A stretch of DNA of 64,000 nucleotides from Myxococcales bacterium. GTDB lineage: Bacteria; Myxococcota_A; Polyangia; Polyangiales; Ga0077539. The translations under genes and the position numbers were made by a program. The notes below the pieces were generated by a model that saw only the letters and a program-made list of their open reading frames with translations, was not told where the DNA came from and did not search any database. This document shows, piece after piece, positions 1-9,189 of the stretch. The stretch covers positions 89,846 to 153,845 of the forward strand of contig JAEUKH010000043.1 in NCBI GenBank assembly GCA_016792845.1, read 5' to 3'. Within the stretch, counting starts at the first letter, position 1. Every line of letters begins with the position of its first letter.

Positions 1-219
1 GCGCGAAGAACGCGCCGCCCCCCAGTGAACGCCGTTGCATCGGCTGACGCTACCCCGAGGCCGCACCGAGTCAACACCTGCTTCAGCATGTTTTCGTTTG
101 TTCGCGTGAACTCCCTGGCGAGACAACCGCTGCGCCGCGTAGACCGCACGGGCCGAGGGCGAGCGCATCAGCCTGTCGGTTGAGCGCGCAGGCGCTTTCG
201 GTGAATCTCGCAGCCTAAG

Positions 220-2643
220 GTGTCAACCATACCGAGCGTGGGAGCCAAGCTGTGCGTTTGGGCGATGCTGCTCGCCGTCTTGGGCTGTACGAGCCCGGCC
301 GTTGAGGGCGGCGCGCGACGCGACGATGCCGCTGCGGCGGGGCCCGACGCGCGCGACGTGGTGACCCTCGACGTGGTGCAGGTCGACGACGATGCGACGG
401 CGACCGACGATGCGAGGGCGACCGACGATGTGAGAGACGCCGAGGTCGACAGGCCGCCGCCGGGGCCCGATCCGTGTCGTGAAGACGTGTCGATCGATCT
501 GGAGCCGCTCGGGCGTCGAGACGGGGTGCGGTGGGAGGGGAGCGTCGAGGTGCCCATGCCGATTCCGCGATGGGCGCAGGCTGGGGGTCCGTTGACGCGC
601 CCTGGCGACGCCGTGGTGTTGCTTCGCTACACGATGCAGCGAGACGGCATGGTCACCATGGAGGTCACCCACGCGTCGCATCCTTCGCTCTACGCCTACG
701 AGGTCGATCTCGCCCGAGGGTGCGCGCCTGCGAATCCGCCCCAGTGTGCGGCCAGGTCAGGGGCAGAGACCATCTTTCGTGCGGGCGAGGTCGTTCACTT
801 TTTGATCCATGTGTCTCTGGTCACGCCCGAGCTTTACCGATCTCCGCTTCGCCTCCGTGCGATGGAGTTTGCGATGGTGCCGACGGGGCAGTCTTGCGCG
901 ACGGAGCGTGATTGCGCTGACGATGCGTGGTGTCGCCCCGCGACGGCGCCCGACGCGCGGGGTGCGTGCTGGCGAGGCGGCGTGCGGGGCTCCGAGTGTC
1001 GGCGTACGCCGTGCGACGCGGGCCTGGCGTGCCGACAGGTGCAGTATTTCTACTCTCCGACCTGGGTCTGCGACACGCCGGTGTTGTTGGGTGAGCGCTG
1101 CGAGGCCGACCCGTACCAAGCATACAACGCCTGCGAGGCGGGGGCGTGGTGCGTCGCCGCGCGGGGCGCGACCGAGGGGCGGTGTGTGATGGATGGCCAG
1201 CTCGGTACGCGCTGCCACGTTGAGATGCGCCCCTGCGCGGCGGGGCTCATTTGTGGGCAGAACGACAACGGGCGGTGGGACTACTGCATGGCCCGCAACC
1301 CGCACGGCAGCCCCTGTGGGATCGGGCAGCCGCTCTGTGTCATCGGCGCAGAGTGCGTCTCGCCGTTGCCCGAGGCGTTGCACCGGCCCGGCGGCGTGTG
1401 CCGGATGCAGGGGATGCAGGGCGGGCGATGTCGCGAGGCGCCCGATGCGCCTTGTGACGAAGGGCTCGACTGTCATTCGGGTCGATGTTTGCAGGCGCTC
1501 GCGACGGGGGCAGTCTGCCACTTCGATCAGACCGAGTACTGCCCGAGCGGACAGTGCTATCGGCAAAGCTACATCTTGCCAGAGGGGCGCTGTGAGGTGC
1601 GCGGGGCGCCGGGTGACAGCTGCGACCTCGCAGACCAAAGGCTCTGCTTCGAAGGCGTCGACTGTGTGGGCAACGTCTGTCGCCAACGCGTTCCGGCCGA
1701 CGGGCTGTGTGATTGGGCGCGCTCGCAGTGCCCTGAGGGCATGCACTGCGCGCCGAGTGCGCCGGGCGCGCCCTGGCGTTGTCTGCCTCGCGGCCCAGGG
1801 TCCGGTCTCGGCGAAGGCTGCGGCGAGCCGACGGGCTGCGCCGAGCCCTTTGTCTGTCTGTTGACCGGCTATCGCCGCGGGATGCCCACGTACAGCTGCG
1901 GGCTCCGCGCGCCGTCGACGGAGGGTTGCGCGCTCGGTCGGGGTTGCGAAGCGGGCGCGACCTGCGTGGCCACCCCAACAGGGCCGCGTTGTGTCGGCGA
2001 CGGGAGCGACAGCACGCGGTGCTTGTTCGACGGGGGATGCCACGCCCCGCTCGGGTCGTGCACGCGCGGGATGTGTTACGCCGCGCCCGGCATTTTGTGT
2101 GGCGCGCGGCGGTGTGCGGTTGACGACCTCTGCGCGTTCTCGTTCGTCGATGAGAGCCCGTACTGTCATCCTCCCTACGAGGCCCCGCGCGCGGTCTCAG
2201 CGTCGTGTGTGCCGAGCCCGTGGGCTTGCGTCGAAGGCTCGCTGTGTGACGAGTCGACCCCGGGCGCCGGGTACTGCCGCGCGACCCTCGCGGGCGAAGA
2301 ACCCGACGCGCGATCTGACGCGGTGCAGAGGCCCATGGCGCTGCCCATCTTTCGCCGCGGGACGCTCGACCCGAACGACGAAGACTGCGTGACCTTCGAC
2401 CTCGCGGAGCGGTCTCGCCTCGCGCTGATGGGCCGCACCGATGGCACGCTGGTGGCGCGACTCTGGCGAGGCGACCGCGCCGAGACGCAGGCATCGAACG
2501 ACACCTACGCAGAGCGCGGGTGGTTGAACTACCCGAACTTTGTGTGGGAGGCGGGGCGCTACACCTACTGCGTCAGCCGCGGCCGGGGACAGACGGCGAC
2601 GGGCTACGACCTCAGCGTCGTCGCGTATCGTCCGCTTCGCTGA
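220..2643 (+). CDS. Secreted Cys-rich repeat lipoprotein with C-terminal PPC-like (pre-peptidase C-terminal) domain
   Basis: GTG start followed by signal peptide with lipobox (LLAVLGC). About 13 repeats of a G..C..x..C..G..C..x..C Cys pattern. The C-terminal ~100 aa (TLDPNDEDCVTFDL...) resembles a PPC/bacterial pre-peptidase C-terminal domain. It is the longest ORF on this stretch; the opposite-strand ORFs are Arg-rich artefacts. Confidence 0.6.
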   Translation: MSTIPSVGAKLCVWAMLLAVLGCTSPAVEGGARRDDAAAAGPDARDVVTLDVVQVDDDATATDDARATDDVRDAEVDRPPPGPDPCREDVSIDLEPLGRRDGVRWEGSVEVPMPIPRWAQAGGPLTRPGDAVVLLRYTMQRDGMVTMEVTHASHPSLYAYEVDLARGCAPANPPQCAARSGAETIFRAGEVVHFLIHVSLVTPELYRSPLRLRAMEFAMVPTGQSCATERDCADDAWCRPATAPDARGACWRGGVRGSECRRTPCDAGLACRQVQYFYSPTWVCDTPVLLGERCEADPYQAYNACEAGAWCVAARGATEGRCVMDGQLGTRCHVEMRPCAAGLICGQNDNGRWDYCMARNPHGSPCGIGQPLCVIGAECVSPLPEALHRPGGVCRMQGMQGGRCREAPDAPCDEGLDCHSGRCLQALATGAVCHFDQTEYCPSGQCYRQSYILPEGRCEVRGAPGDSCDLADQRLCFEGVDCVGNVCRQRVPADGLCDWARSQCPEGMHCAPSAPGAPWRCLPRGPGSGLGEGCGEPTGCAEPFVCLLTGYRRGMPTYSCGLRAPSTEGCALGRGCEAGATCVATPTGPRCVGDGSDSTRCLFDGGCHAPLGSCTRGMCYAAPGILCGARRCAVDDLCAFSFVDESPYCHPPYEAPRAVSASCVPSPWACVEGSLCDESTPGAGYCRATLAGEEPDARSDAVQRPMALPIFRRGTLDPNDEDCVTFDLAERSRLALMGRTDGTLVARLWRGDRAETQASNDTYAERGWLNYPNFVWEAGRYTYCVSRGRGQTATGYDLSVVAYRPLR

Positions 2644-2712
2644 CCGAGGGGGCGCATCGCCCGCGCGTTGTCGGCGCCGAGCGCGGTGCGATGTTGTGCC
2701 GCGCGAAGGGGC

Positions 2713-3564
2713 TTATTCGAGCTGGAGTGCCGTGAGGGCGACGCCCGTGTCGCCAGGGGCGCCGATGCCGCCGCGGCTGCTGTCGGCGCGGTACTCGATG
2801 CCGAAGGTGTAGCTCGTGCCCGCCGTGAGGGTGACCCACAGCTCGACCGGCACGGTCGACTGCAAACACGGTGAATTGCCGGTGAAGTTCACCGTGGCGA
2901 AGGGCTGCCAGTCGATGCTCGGAGCCCCCACCACCGGCGCGATGCGCGCCCGGGCCTGACAGCTCATCGTGAGCATCGTTCGGAGCTGGTAGCGCCCCGA
3001 GCTGCGGGCTACAAAGGTCAGCGTCGGCGCCCCGGGGATGAGCGCCCACGCCGTGGTGAAGTTTGTAAACCCCACCGAGACCGGGCCCGAGGCGCTCTCG
3101 ACCTGTCGCCGACGCGCAGCCGCTTCGATGCCGGTGAGGCGGGTTTCGAGCGCGCCCGAGGCGCCCGCCGCCCGCGAGGCCTCGACGGCGTAGGGCACCG
3201 CCGCGAGCTTGCTGCGCCCGTACGAGGCCGCGTCGACGAGCACCTCGACCCAGAGGTCGGGGCTGCGCTGCACCGCGGCGGTGCAACCGGGGTCGAGGGC
3301 CTGGCGAAAATGCCCCGCCGCGAAGGCCGCCGTCGACGAGGCCTCGGGGCAGGCCAGGGAGCCTCCGGTGGCGGCGCTCCACAGGCGCAGCGTCACCGCG
3401 TGGTTGCCCTCGACGGGCCGCCCGCTGTCTTCGAGGACGCCCGCGTACACCAAGGGCGTCGCCGCAGGGATGCCATCGGCGTGCACACGCCCGACGAGAT
3501 ACCCGAGGAGCGCCACCCCCGCGGCCCCTGCCCCGACCCACGCCCGACTTCCGAGATTTTTCAC
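2713..3564 (-). CDS. Hypothetical exported protein
   Basis: 296-aa ORF. The probable GTG start at 3564 gives a GTGA start/stop overlap with the upstream gene at 3561. N-terminal hydrophobic signal-like segment (AWVGAGAAGVALLGYLVG). No recognisable domain. Confidence 0.45.
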   Translation of the reverse strand: MKNLGSRAWVGAGAAGVALLGYLVGRVHADGIPAATPLVYAGVLEDSGRPVEGNHAVTLRLWSAATGGSLACPEASSTAAFAAGHFRQALDPGCTAAVQRSPDLWVEVLVDAASYGRSKLAAVPYAVEASRAAGASGALETRLTGIEAAARRRQVESASGPVSVGFTNFTTAWALIPGAPTLTFVARSSGRYQLRTMLTMSCQARARIAPVVGAPSIDWQPFATVNFTGNSPCLQSTVPVELWVTLTAGTSYTFGIEYRADSSRGGIGAPGDTGVALTALQLE

Positions 3565-3974
3565 GGGATCAGCCCTCCGCTCAGACAGCGGGTGCCGACA
3601 CACACCCGCGAGACGCCTTCAAACCCAGACGCGACGAGACGCCGCGTGCCCGCCGCCGCGTGGGCCTCGACCAGTGTTCCGAGGGAGCCGGTGAGCGCCC
3701 GCCCGCCGTCGCCGACGCTCGGTCGGTCAGCGAGGGGCGCATCCACCGCGGGCGCATCCACCACGGGCGCATCCACCGCGGGAGCATCCACCGCGGACGC
3801 ATCCACCGCGGACGCATCCACCGCGGACGCATCCACCGCGGGTGCATCCACCGCCGGCGTGTCGATTGCGGCATCGGCGCTGCTGTTGGCCCGCGGCGCA
3901 CCGCAGCCCGCGAGAAGCACCCCAACGGCCCCCAGCGCCACCCACCACGGCCGTCGTCGCCCCGCATCGCGCAT
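3561..3974 (-). CDS. Small lipoprotein with VDA(P/S)A pentapeptide tandem repeats
   Basis: Start chosen at internal Met (MRDAGRRRPWWVALGAVGVLLAGCG), which gives a classic lipoprotein signal. The body contains ~9 tandem VDAxA pentapeptides encoded by a 15-bp DNA repeat. Confidence 0.5.
   Translation of the reverse strand: MRDAGRRRPWWVALGAVGVLLAGCGAPRANSSADAAIDTPAVDAPAVDASAVDASAVDASAVDAPAVDAPVVDAPAVDAPLADRPSVGDGGRALTGSLGTLVEAHAAAGTRRLVASGFEGVSRVCVGTRCLSGGLIP
3737..3871. repeat. Tandem 15-bp repeat (gcgcatccaccgcgg) x ~9, in-frame inside lipoprotein gene
   Basis: Direct reading of sequence: 8 near-perfect units and one degenerate unit. Encodes the VDAPA/VDASA pentapeptide array on the minus strand. 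Confidence 0.85.
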
Positions 3975-4056
3975 GGTGTGGTCGGCTACCCCGAGGCAGC
4001 CCGCTCCGTCAAGGGCGCCCCCCGGCTCACGTTTGTCGGCCTTTTTCGGAGGGCGT

Positions 4057-4572
4057 TCAGCCGCGCGACGACGGTTTGAGCTTCTGCCCGGCTGCAATCA
4101 TCGTAAGGGCCTTGGCGACCCGAGCCTCGCGGGTGGCGTCACGCGTCGCCTCGCTCACCCAGGCGGCGTACTCGCGCTGGCACGAGGGCGACAATCGCGC
4201 CCAGGCGGCGAGGGTCGCAGGATGCGCGTCGAGGGCCTCGGCGAGGGCCGCGGGCACCTCGACCGGGCGCGGAGCCGTGTCGAGGCTGACGGTGACCGAG
4301 ACGGCGTCTCCGGGGCCCTTCTGGAGTTGGGCCAAGACGTCTTTTCGGCAGAGCAGCATCGGGTGCTCGCCGCCCATCATGGCCAACACGCCGCGGTAGG
4401 TGACCGCGTCGTCGAAGACCGCCGTGATGGGCACGAGGTTGCCCCGCCCGTAGGTCTCGCGGAGGCCCCAGGGGAAGTCGACAAAGCACGCCGCGGTGCC
4501 GCCCGCGCGGTGGAGCGTCGCGGTGAAGCTCAGCGGCCCGGGGTCACGGCCCTTGGGTGCGGCGTCGGTCAT
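4057..4572 (-). CDS. DUF1905/YdeI-OmpD-associated family protein
   Basis: 171 aa. An N-terminal DUF1905-like segment (FTATLHRAGGTAACFVDFP...) and a C-terminal YdeI-like segment (...SPSCQREYAAWVSEAT...ARV...) are typical of this family. Confidence 0.5.
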   Translation of the reverse strand: MTDAAPKGRDPGPLSFTATLHRAGGTAACFVDFPWGLRETYGRGNLVPITAVFDDAVTYRGVLAMMGGEHPMLLCRKDVLAQLQKGPGDAVSVTVSLDTAPRPVEVPAALAEALDAHPATLAAWARLSPSCQREYAAWVSEATRDATREARVAKALTMIAAGQKLKPSSRG

Positions 4573-4622
4573 CGACCGAGAGCATATCGGCGCGCGACGC
4601 GGGAGCGCGAATTGCTGTCACC

Positions 4623-5402
4623 TCAGCGCGCCGCATCGGGGAAGGTGAGCCCCCCGTCGGCGAGCACCGCGCAGCGCCACGCGCAGCCTGTATCGAGCGC
4701 GCAGGCCGTGCCGAGGGGGCAGTCGAGGTCGGTGACGCAGGCCGCGCCGGGCCGGGTCGGAGCGTCACGCCGCGGGGCCTCGACGCAGCGCCCGGCGTCG
4801 GCGTCGCAGCGGTAGGCGCGGTTCGGCTCCGGAGGCGCGCCGAGGCAGGGCGTGTCATCGTCGCAGCCGGCGTCGGGGCCCGCGAGCGCACCGTCGCAGA
4901 GCAACCCAGCCGGAGCCGAACGCGGGCCCAGGCCCGAGAAGCACGCGGCGAGGCGGGGCCCGAGGGGCGCGCAGCGCCCGCCCTCGCAGGTCAGGCGGGC
5001 CGCGAGGCGCTGACAGACGCCGCCCCAGAAGGCCTCAGCGGCCTCTTCGTTCGTGCAGTAGTACACCGGCCGATGCACAGGCACGGTCACCACGCCCGCG
5101 TTGCAAGTGGGCGCTGAACCGAAGCAGTCGACGTGCGCCCCCGGGTCGCACCCGTCGTTGGCCACATCGCGCAGCGTGTCAGGGCCGAGGTCGCGGGCGA
5201 CGTCTCGCGCTGTGTCAGGGCCGAGGTCGCGGGCGACGTCTCGCGCTGTGTCAGGGCCGAGGTCGCGAGGCGGGGCGTCGGGCGCGTACGAAGCGTCGTC
5301 TGCGGCGTCGACGGTGGCGTCGGAGCCGCCTGGCGGGGGGTCACAGGCCGCGAAGGTCAGGGCGAGGAGCGCAGAGACGCAGCCTGAAAAACGAAAGATC
5401 AC
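4623..5402 (-). CDS. Cys-rich lipoprotein with 12-aa tandem repeat (RDLGPDTARDVA x3)
   Basis: Signal peptide plus lipobox (ALLALTFAAC). Asp/Pro-rich N-terminal region with three tandem 12-aa repeats, then a Cys-rich C-terminal half. Confidence 0.55.
   Translation of the reverse strand: MIFRFSGCVSALLALTFAACDPPPGGSDATVDAADDASYAPDAPPRDLGPDTARDVARDLGPDTARDVARDLGPDTLRDVANDGCDPGAHVDCFGSAPTCNAGVVTVPVHRPVYYCTNEEAAEAFWGGVCQRLAARLTCEGGRCAPLGPRLAACFSGLGPRSAPAGLLCDGALAGPDAGCDDDTPCLGAPPEPNRAYRCDADAGRCVEAPRRDAPTRPGAACVTDLDCPLGTACALDTGCAWRCAVLADGGLTFPDAAR
5176..5270. repeat. Tandem 36-bp repeat x ~2.6-3, in-frame in lipoprotein gene
   Basis: gtgtcagggccgaggtcgcgggcgacgtctcgcgct is repeated directly. Encodes RDLGPDTARDVA units on the minus strand. 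Confidence 0.8.
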
Positions 5403-5651
5403 AAGCAGAATCTACAGGCCGAGGCCCCAAACACAAACGCCCTCGCGAGGAGGGCGCCTGTGAAGCTCAATCGGGTGAACAATCAGCCCTGAGCCTGGGT
5501 CGCCTGGGCCTGGGCCTGGGCGGCCTTTTCGCGAAGCCGAGCCTCCTTCTTACGGCGGCGGGCTTTCTGACGGTGACGTGCGCGAGGATCTTGCGGAGAA
5601 CCCATAGTGCGCGGGCTCTACACCCGCGCGACCCTGGTCGTCAAGGCCCGA

Positions 5652-7643
5652 TCACTGGCTCTCGGCGCGACGCGGCGCACCGACGCTCGGCGGGATGTAC
5701 TGCCGCCCGCGCGCGCACCCGGCCGAGGCGGTGGTGCGGCCGTCGACGGTGGTGCGGATGATGAAGAACTGCACGCGGCGGTTGCGCGCCCAGGCCTCTT
5801 CGTTCGAGCGGGGGTCGAGCGGGCAGAACTCGCCGTACCCGGCCGAGACCAATCGGGTGGCGGCCACCCCGCGCGAGACGAGGGCCTGCATCACGCTCTG
5901 GGCGCGGTTGCGCGAGAGCTCGAGGTTGTGGTCGTCGGCGGCGCGCTCGTCGGTGTGGCCCTCGACCTCGACCATCTCGATGTCGGGGTTGTTGTTGAGC
6001 AGCGAGGCCATCTGCTCGAGGATGTTGCGGTTGACGTCGTTGTCGATGATCTCGGCCGAGTCGGTCGCAAAATTGATCTGCTGATTCAGCTGGATCTCGG
6101 TGCCGACGCGGCGGAGCACGCCGTTGTCGGGGCAGCCGTCGGCGTCGTCGAGGCCGTTGAAGACCTCGGCGTCGTTCGGGCACTGGTCGCGCACGTCGGG
6201 GATGGTGTCGCGGTCGTTGTCGGGGTCTGGGCAGCCGTTGTCGTCTTCGAAGCCGTCGCGATCTTCGGGCTCATTGGGGCACAGATCGTCGGTGTCGAGG
6301 ATCTGGTCTTGATCGTTGTCGGGGTCTGGGCAGCCGTTGTCGTCTTCGAAGCCGTCGCGGTCTTCGGGGTCGTCGGGGCACTGGTCGACGTTGTCGGCGA
6401 TCTGGTCGCCGTCGCGGTCTTGCACGTCGCTGTCGGGGCAGCCGTCGCTGTCTTGTTGCCCGTTGCGGTCTTCGGGCACGAGGGGGCACTGGTCGTCGGT
6501 GTCGAGGATCCCGTCGCGGTCGTTGTCAGGGTCGGGGCAGCCGTCGTCGTCTTCGAAGTTGTCGAAGTCTTCGGGCTCGACCACGCAGCGGTCGACGTCG
6601 TCGCGGTACCCGTCGCCGTCGGTGTCACCGATGGAGGGTTCGAGGGTCATGCCGATGAAGCCGCGCACCGTCGACGCCGCGAGGGCGCCGGTGAGGCCCG
6701 TGCCCGCGCCGACGGTGAGGTAGCTGTTGCGGTCGACGAAGATCTTGGCCCCCAAGATGCCCTCGACGGGGATGGCGTTGCCGTTGCCGAAGCCCGAGAA
6801 GTACTGGGCCCCGTAGGTCTCGGCCATGAGGTCGATCACGTTGATGAGCCGGTAGCTCACGCCCACGCCGAAGGTGAGGCTCGGGCCGTAGGTGACGGCG
6901 CTGCCCTGACCCTGGGCCGGGGTGAGCGTCGAGCCGCTCGCGAAGGGGATGCGCGCGCCGAGGTTGCCCGCCAGCCGAAAGCGGCGGCCGAAGCGGCGCT
7001 CGATGGCCACCGAGGGCCACACCCAGGGGCCCGGCTCGCCGACAAAATTCCGCGAGCCCGAGAAGGTCGGGATGCCCGCCTGGAGGATCACCGCGAGCCC
7101 CACGGGGAAGTACTCGGCCCGGAGCCAACGGAGCTTGGCGTGGAGCACGATGTCGCCCAACCCTTGGTGCGACAGGCTCGACCCCTGGGGGCGGTACTCG
7201 CCGAGGTCGAGGCCCAACGAGCCCACCCCCGCGGTCATGTCGTCGGGGCGGGTGTTGCCCGGACCGTTGACGAGGTGAAAGGGCACCTGGGCGCCGAGCA
7301 CGAGCAAATTGCCGATGCCAAAATTGGCCGACAGGTTGCCGCTGAACATCGAGCTGACGAGCGCGGTGCGCTCGCCGTTTTGCAGGCCCGCCCGGGCGAG
7401 GCCGCCGCCCACGTCGAGCATCAGGCCGAAGCTGAAGGCCCGGGCACCCAAGATGTCGGTGCCGTTGACGGTGACCAGACCCTTCGAGTCGACGGCTTGC
7501 CGAAACAGCCGGAGGTCAAAGCCATTGCCCGTCTGAAGGGCCCCATCGGTCTGGGCCCGGGCCGCAGAACCTGCACTCAAAACCGCAGCCGCAGCGAGGG
7601 TCGGAAGCACCCGCCGGAGGCCGCGAAACGTTCGCTCGCTCAT
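5652..7643 (-). CDS. OmpA-family outer membrane protein with thrombospondin type-3 (Ca-binding) repeats
   Basis: Signal peptide (…AAAVLSAGSAARA-QTD) and an N-terminal beta-barrel-like region. Central Asp-rich DxDxDGxxDxxDxCP repeats (TSP3). The C-terminal OmpA peptidoglycan-binding domain (…NFATDSAEI…VEVEGHTDERAADDHNLELSRNRAQSV…GYGE…) is present. Confidence 0.88.
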   Translation of the reverse strand: MSERTFRGLRRVLPTLAAAAVLSAGSAARAQTDGALQTGNGFDLRLFRQAVDSKGLVTVNGTDILGARAFSFGLMLDVGGGLARAGLQNGERTALVSSMFSGNLSANFGIGNLLVLGAQVPFHLVNGPGNTRPDDMTAGVGSLGLDLGEYRPQGSSLSHQGLGDIVLHAKLRWLRAEYFPVGLAVILQAGIPTFSGSRNFVGEPGPWVWPSVAIERRFGRRFRLAGNLGARIPFASGSTLTPAQGQGSAVTYGPSLTFGVGVSYRLINVIDLMAETYGAQYFSGFGNGNAIPVEGILGAKIFVDRNSYLTVGAGTGLTGALAASTVRGFIGMTLEPSIGDTDGDGYRDDVDRCVVEPEDFDNFEDDDGCPDPDNDRDGILDTDDQCPLVPEDRNGQQDSDGCPDSDVQDRDGDQIADNVDQCPDDPEDRDGFEDDNGCPDPDNDQDQILDTDDLCPNEPEDRDGFEDDNGCPDPDNDRDTIPDVRDQCPNDAEVFNGLDDADGCPDNGVLRRVGTEIQLNQQINFATDSAEIIDNDVNRNILEQMASLLNNNPDIEMVEVEGHTDERAADDHNLELSRNRAQSVMQALVSRGVAATRLVSAGYGEFCPLDPRSNEEAWARNRRVQFFIIRTTVDGRTTASAGCARGRQYIPPSVGAPRRAESQ
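6213..6368. repeat. Internal near-identical ~57-bp duplication (99-bp period) inside TSP3 region of ompA-like gene
   Basis: gttgtcggggtctgggcagccgttgtcgtcttcgaagccgtcgcg(a/g)tcttcggg occurs at ~6216 and ~6315. It encodes the duplicated EDRDGFEDDNGCPDPDND motif. Confidence 0.6.
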
Positions 7644-7803
7644 CGCGGGCGGACGCTATGCCGGAAGCTTCGCGCGCGTCAATCTGCGACACCGTCGAAG
7701 GCGCCGAGATCGCACCGCTTCGTCGGCTCCAGCGCCTCGCGCGGGGGTGCGTGTCGCCGACCCTGGCGCCCCTTTCGCGCGGCCCTCAACGCCCGCTCGC
7801 GTT

Positions 7804-9189
7804 CTACGGGGTCGCCACGGCGTCGACGACCCGCGCGTCGAGGCCGCTGTCGGGCTTGGGGCCCTCGGGCACGATGACCCGCACGGTGCGCTGACCGGCC
7901 AGCACGCCGTCGCCCATCAGCCGCACGGTCACGAAGTACACCTGGGGGAATTCGCCCTCGGGCACGCGTGTATTCTGGACGTTGACCGCGTAGGTGAGCC
8001 GAGTGCGGGTGGGCACGTCGGCGAAGGTGTCGAAGACCCCGTCGCTGTTGCGGTCTTCACGCCGTGGGGGCTCGGCCCCTTCGGGTTGCACCGCCGAGAC
8101 GGCCTCGACCGATTGCACGAAGCCGCGGGGGTCGTCGGCCACCTCGCCCCGTACGGCCAGGAAGGCCAAGCTGTCGAGGAAGCGCACGATGCCGTCGACG
8201 ATGGTCTGCCCGAGGCCCGAACCGTCGGGGTTCAAGTCGTACACGAGCGGGCATCGGCCGTTGACCGGGTAGCGCAGCGCGCCGCCCCGGAGCCCCGTCT
8301 CGCACGCCACCCCCACCACGGGCACGCTGGCGCCGGTCTGGGTGGCCACGGCTTCGAGTTGGGGTCGGGCGGGGTCGCCCGAGGCGATGCCGATGACCCT
8401 GGCGTTCACCCCGCGGAGCGCCGCGATGGCCTCGCCGAGGCTGTGGGTGTTGGGCACCTGCGCCTGGTACGTGTCGGGCGAGTGCGTGGGCGCGTCGGTG
8501 ACCAAGACCACCACGCGGGCCGAGCCGGGTCGAAAGCCCACCCCCGCCGGGAGCGTCGCTGGGTCGGTGCCCGTCGGCGGCACGAAGGGCGCGATCGACG
8601 CCACCGACGAGGCGTACCCGCGGCCCGTGGCGACCTGCCAGAGCGACTCGCCCCACGCCTCGGGGCCGTCGCCGCCGATCTGGAGCATCGGCTGGTCGAG
8701 CTCGAGCACCGCGCGACCGACCCGGTAATAGTCAACCGTGATGGGCGCGAGGAGCTCGTACGGCCGGTCGGTGCGGTTGCCGAACGACCCCACCGGAAAG
8801 TCAGCGAAGCGCGACACCCCCATGGCAAGGTCGGGCACGCGGTTGCGCAGCCCCGGGAGGATGACATTGCCGAGCCCGAGCTTGAGGTTCGCCACCTCGC
8901 CCGAGAACGACCCCGTGGTGTCGATGAGGAAGTGCACGTCGAGCCGCGTGGCCCGAGGCTCGACCGCGAGGGTGAAGCGCTGCGCCGGGCCCTGATACGG
9001 CAACGTGAGCGTGAGGTCGTAGCTCGGATACTGCGCTTGCAGCGGCCCCAAGGCGACGTCATCGTCGAGGCCCACCTCGGCCGCAGGGCCCGCGTCGAAG
9101 CCGCGCGGCGGAGATGGGGCATCGTACCCGCACCCGAGCGCCAGCCCGAGGGTCGAGAACCACAGCATCCACGCGTTGCGCCGCTCCAT
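7804..9189 (-). CDS. Exported lipoprotein with vWA-like (MIDAS) domain
   Basis: Start taken at the internal Met that gives the signal and lipobox (MLWFSTLGLALGCG). A DxTGS motif (HFLIDTTGSFSGEV) with surrounding alternating hydrophobic pattern is consistent with a von Willebrand A / integrin-like fold. The call is uncertain. Confidence 0.5.
   Translation of the reverse strand: MERRNAWMLWFSTLGLALGCGYDAPSPPRGFDAGPAAEVGLDDDVALGPLQAQYPSYDLTLTLPYQGPAQRFTLAVEPRATRLDVHFLIDTTGSFSGEVANLKLGLGNVILPGLRNRVPDLAMGVSRFADFPVGSFGNRTDRPYELLAPITVDYYRVGRAVLELDQPMLQIGGDGPEAWGESLWQVATGRGYASSVASIAPFVPPTGTDPATLPAGVGFRPGSARVVVLVTDAPTHSPDTYQAQVPNTHSLGEAIAALRGVNARVIGIASGDPARPQLEAVATQTGASVPVVGVACETGLRGGALRYPVNGRCPLVYDLNPDGSGLGQTIVDGIVRFLDSLAFLAVRGEVADDPRGFVQSVEAVSAVQPEGAEPPRREDRNSDGVFDTFADVPTRTRLTYAVNVQNTRVPEGEFPQVYFVTVRLMGDGVLAGQRTVRVIVPEGPKPDSGLDARVVDAVATP

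Noticed and set aside
757-2494. 470-aa and 384-aa minus-strand ORFs
   Set aside because: Antisense to the Cys-rich lipoprotein gene 220..2643. Extremely Arg-rich (more than 20% Arg). Typical spurious ORFs.
3737-3871. Possible CRISPR-like array
   Set aside because: The 15-bp units are directly adjacent with no spacers, are in-frame coding (VDAxA peptides), and no cas genes are nearby. It is a coding microsatellite, not CRISPR.
5607-7877. 756-aa plus-strand ORF (Val/Ala/Gly/Glu-rich)
   Set aside because: Entirely antisense to the well-supported OmpA/TSP3 gene (5652..7643). The low-complexity composition mirrors the Asp-rich repeats. It is a typical high-GC antisense artefact.
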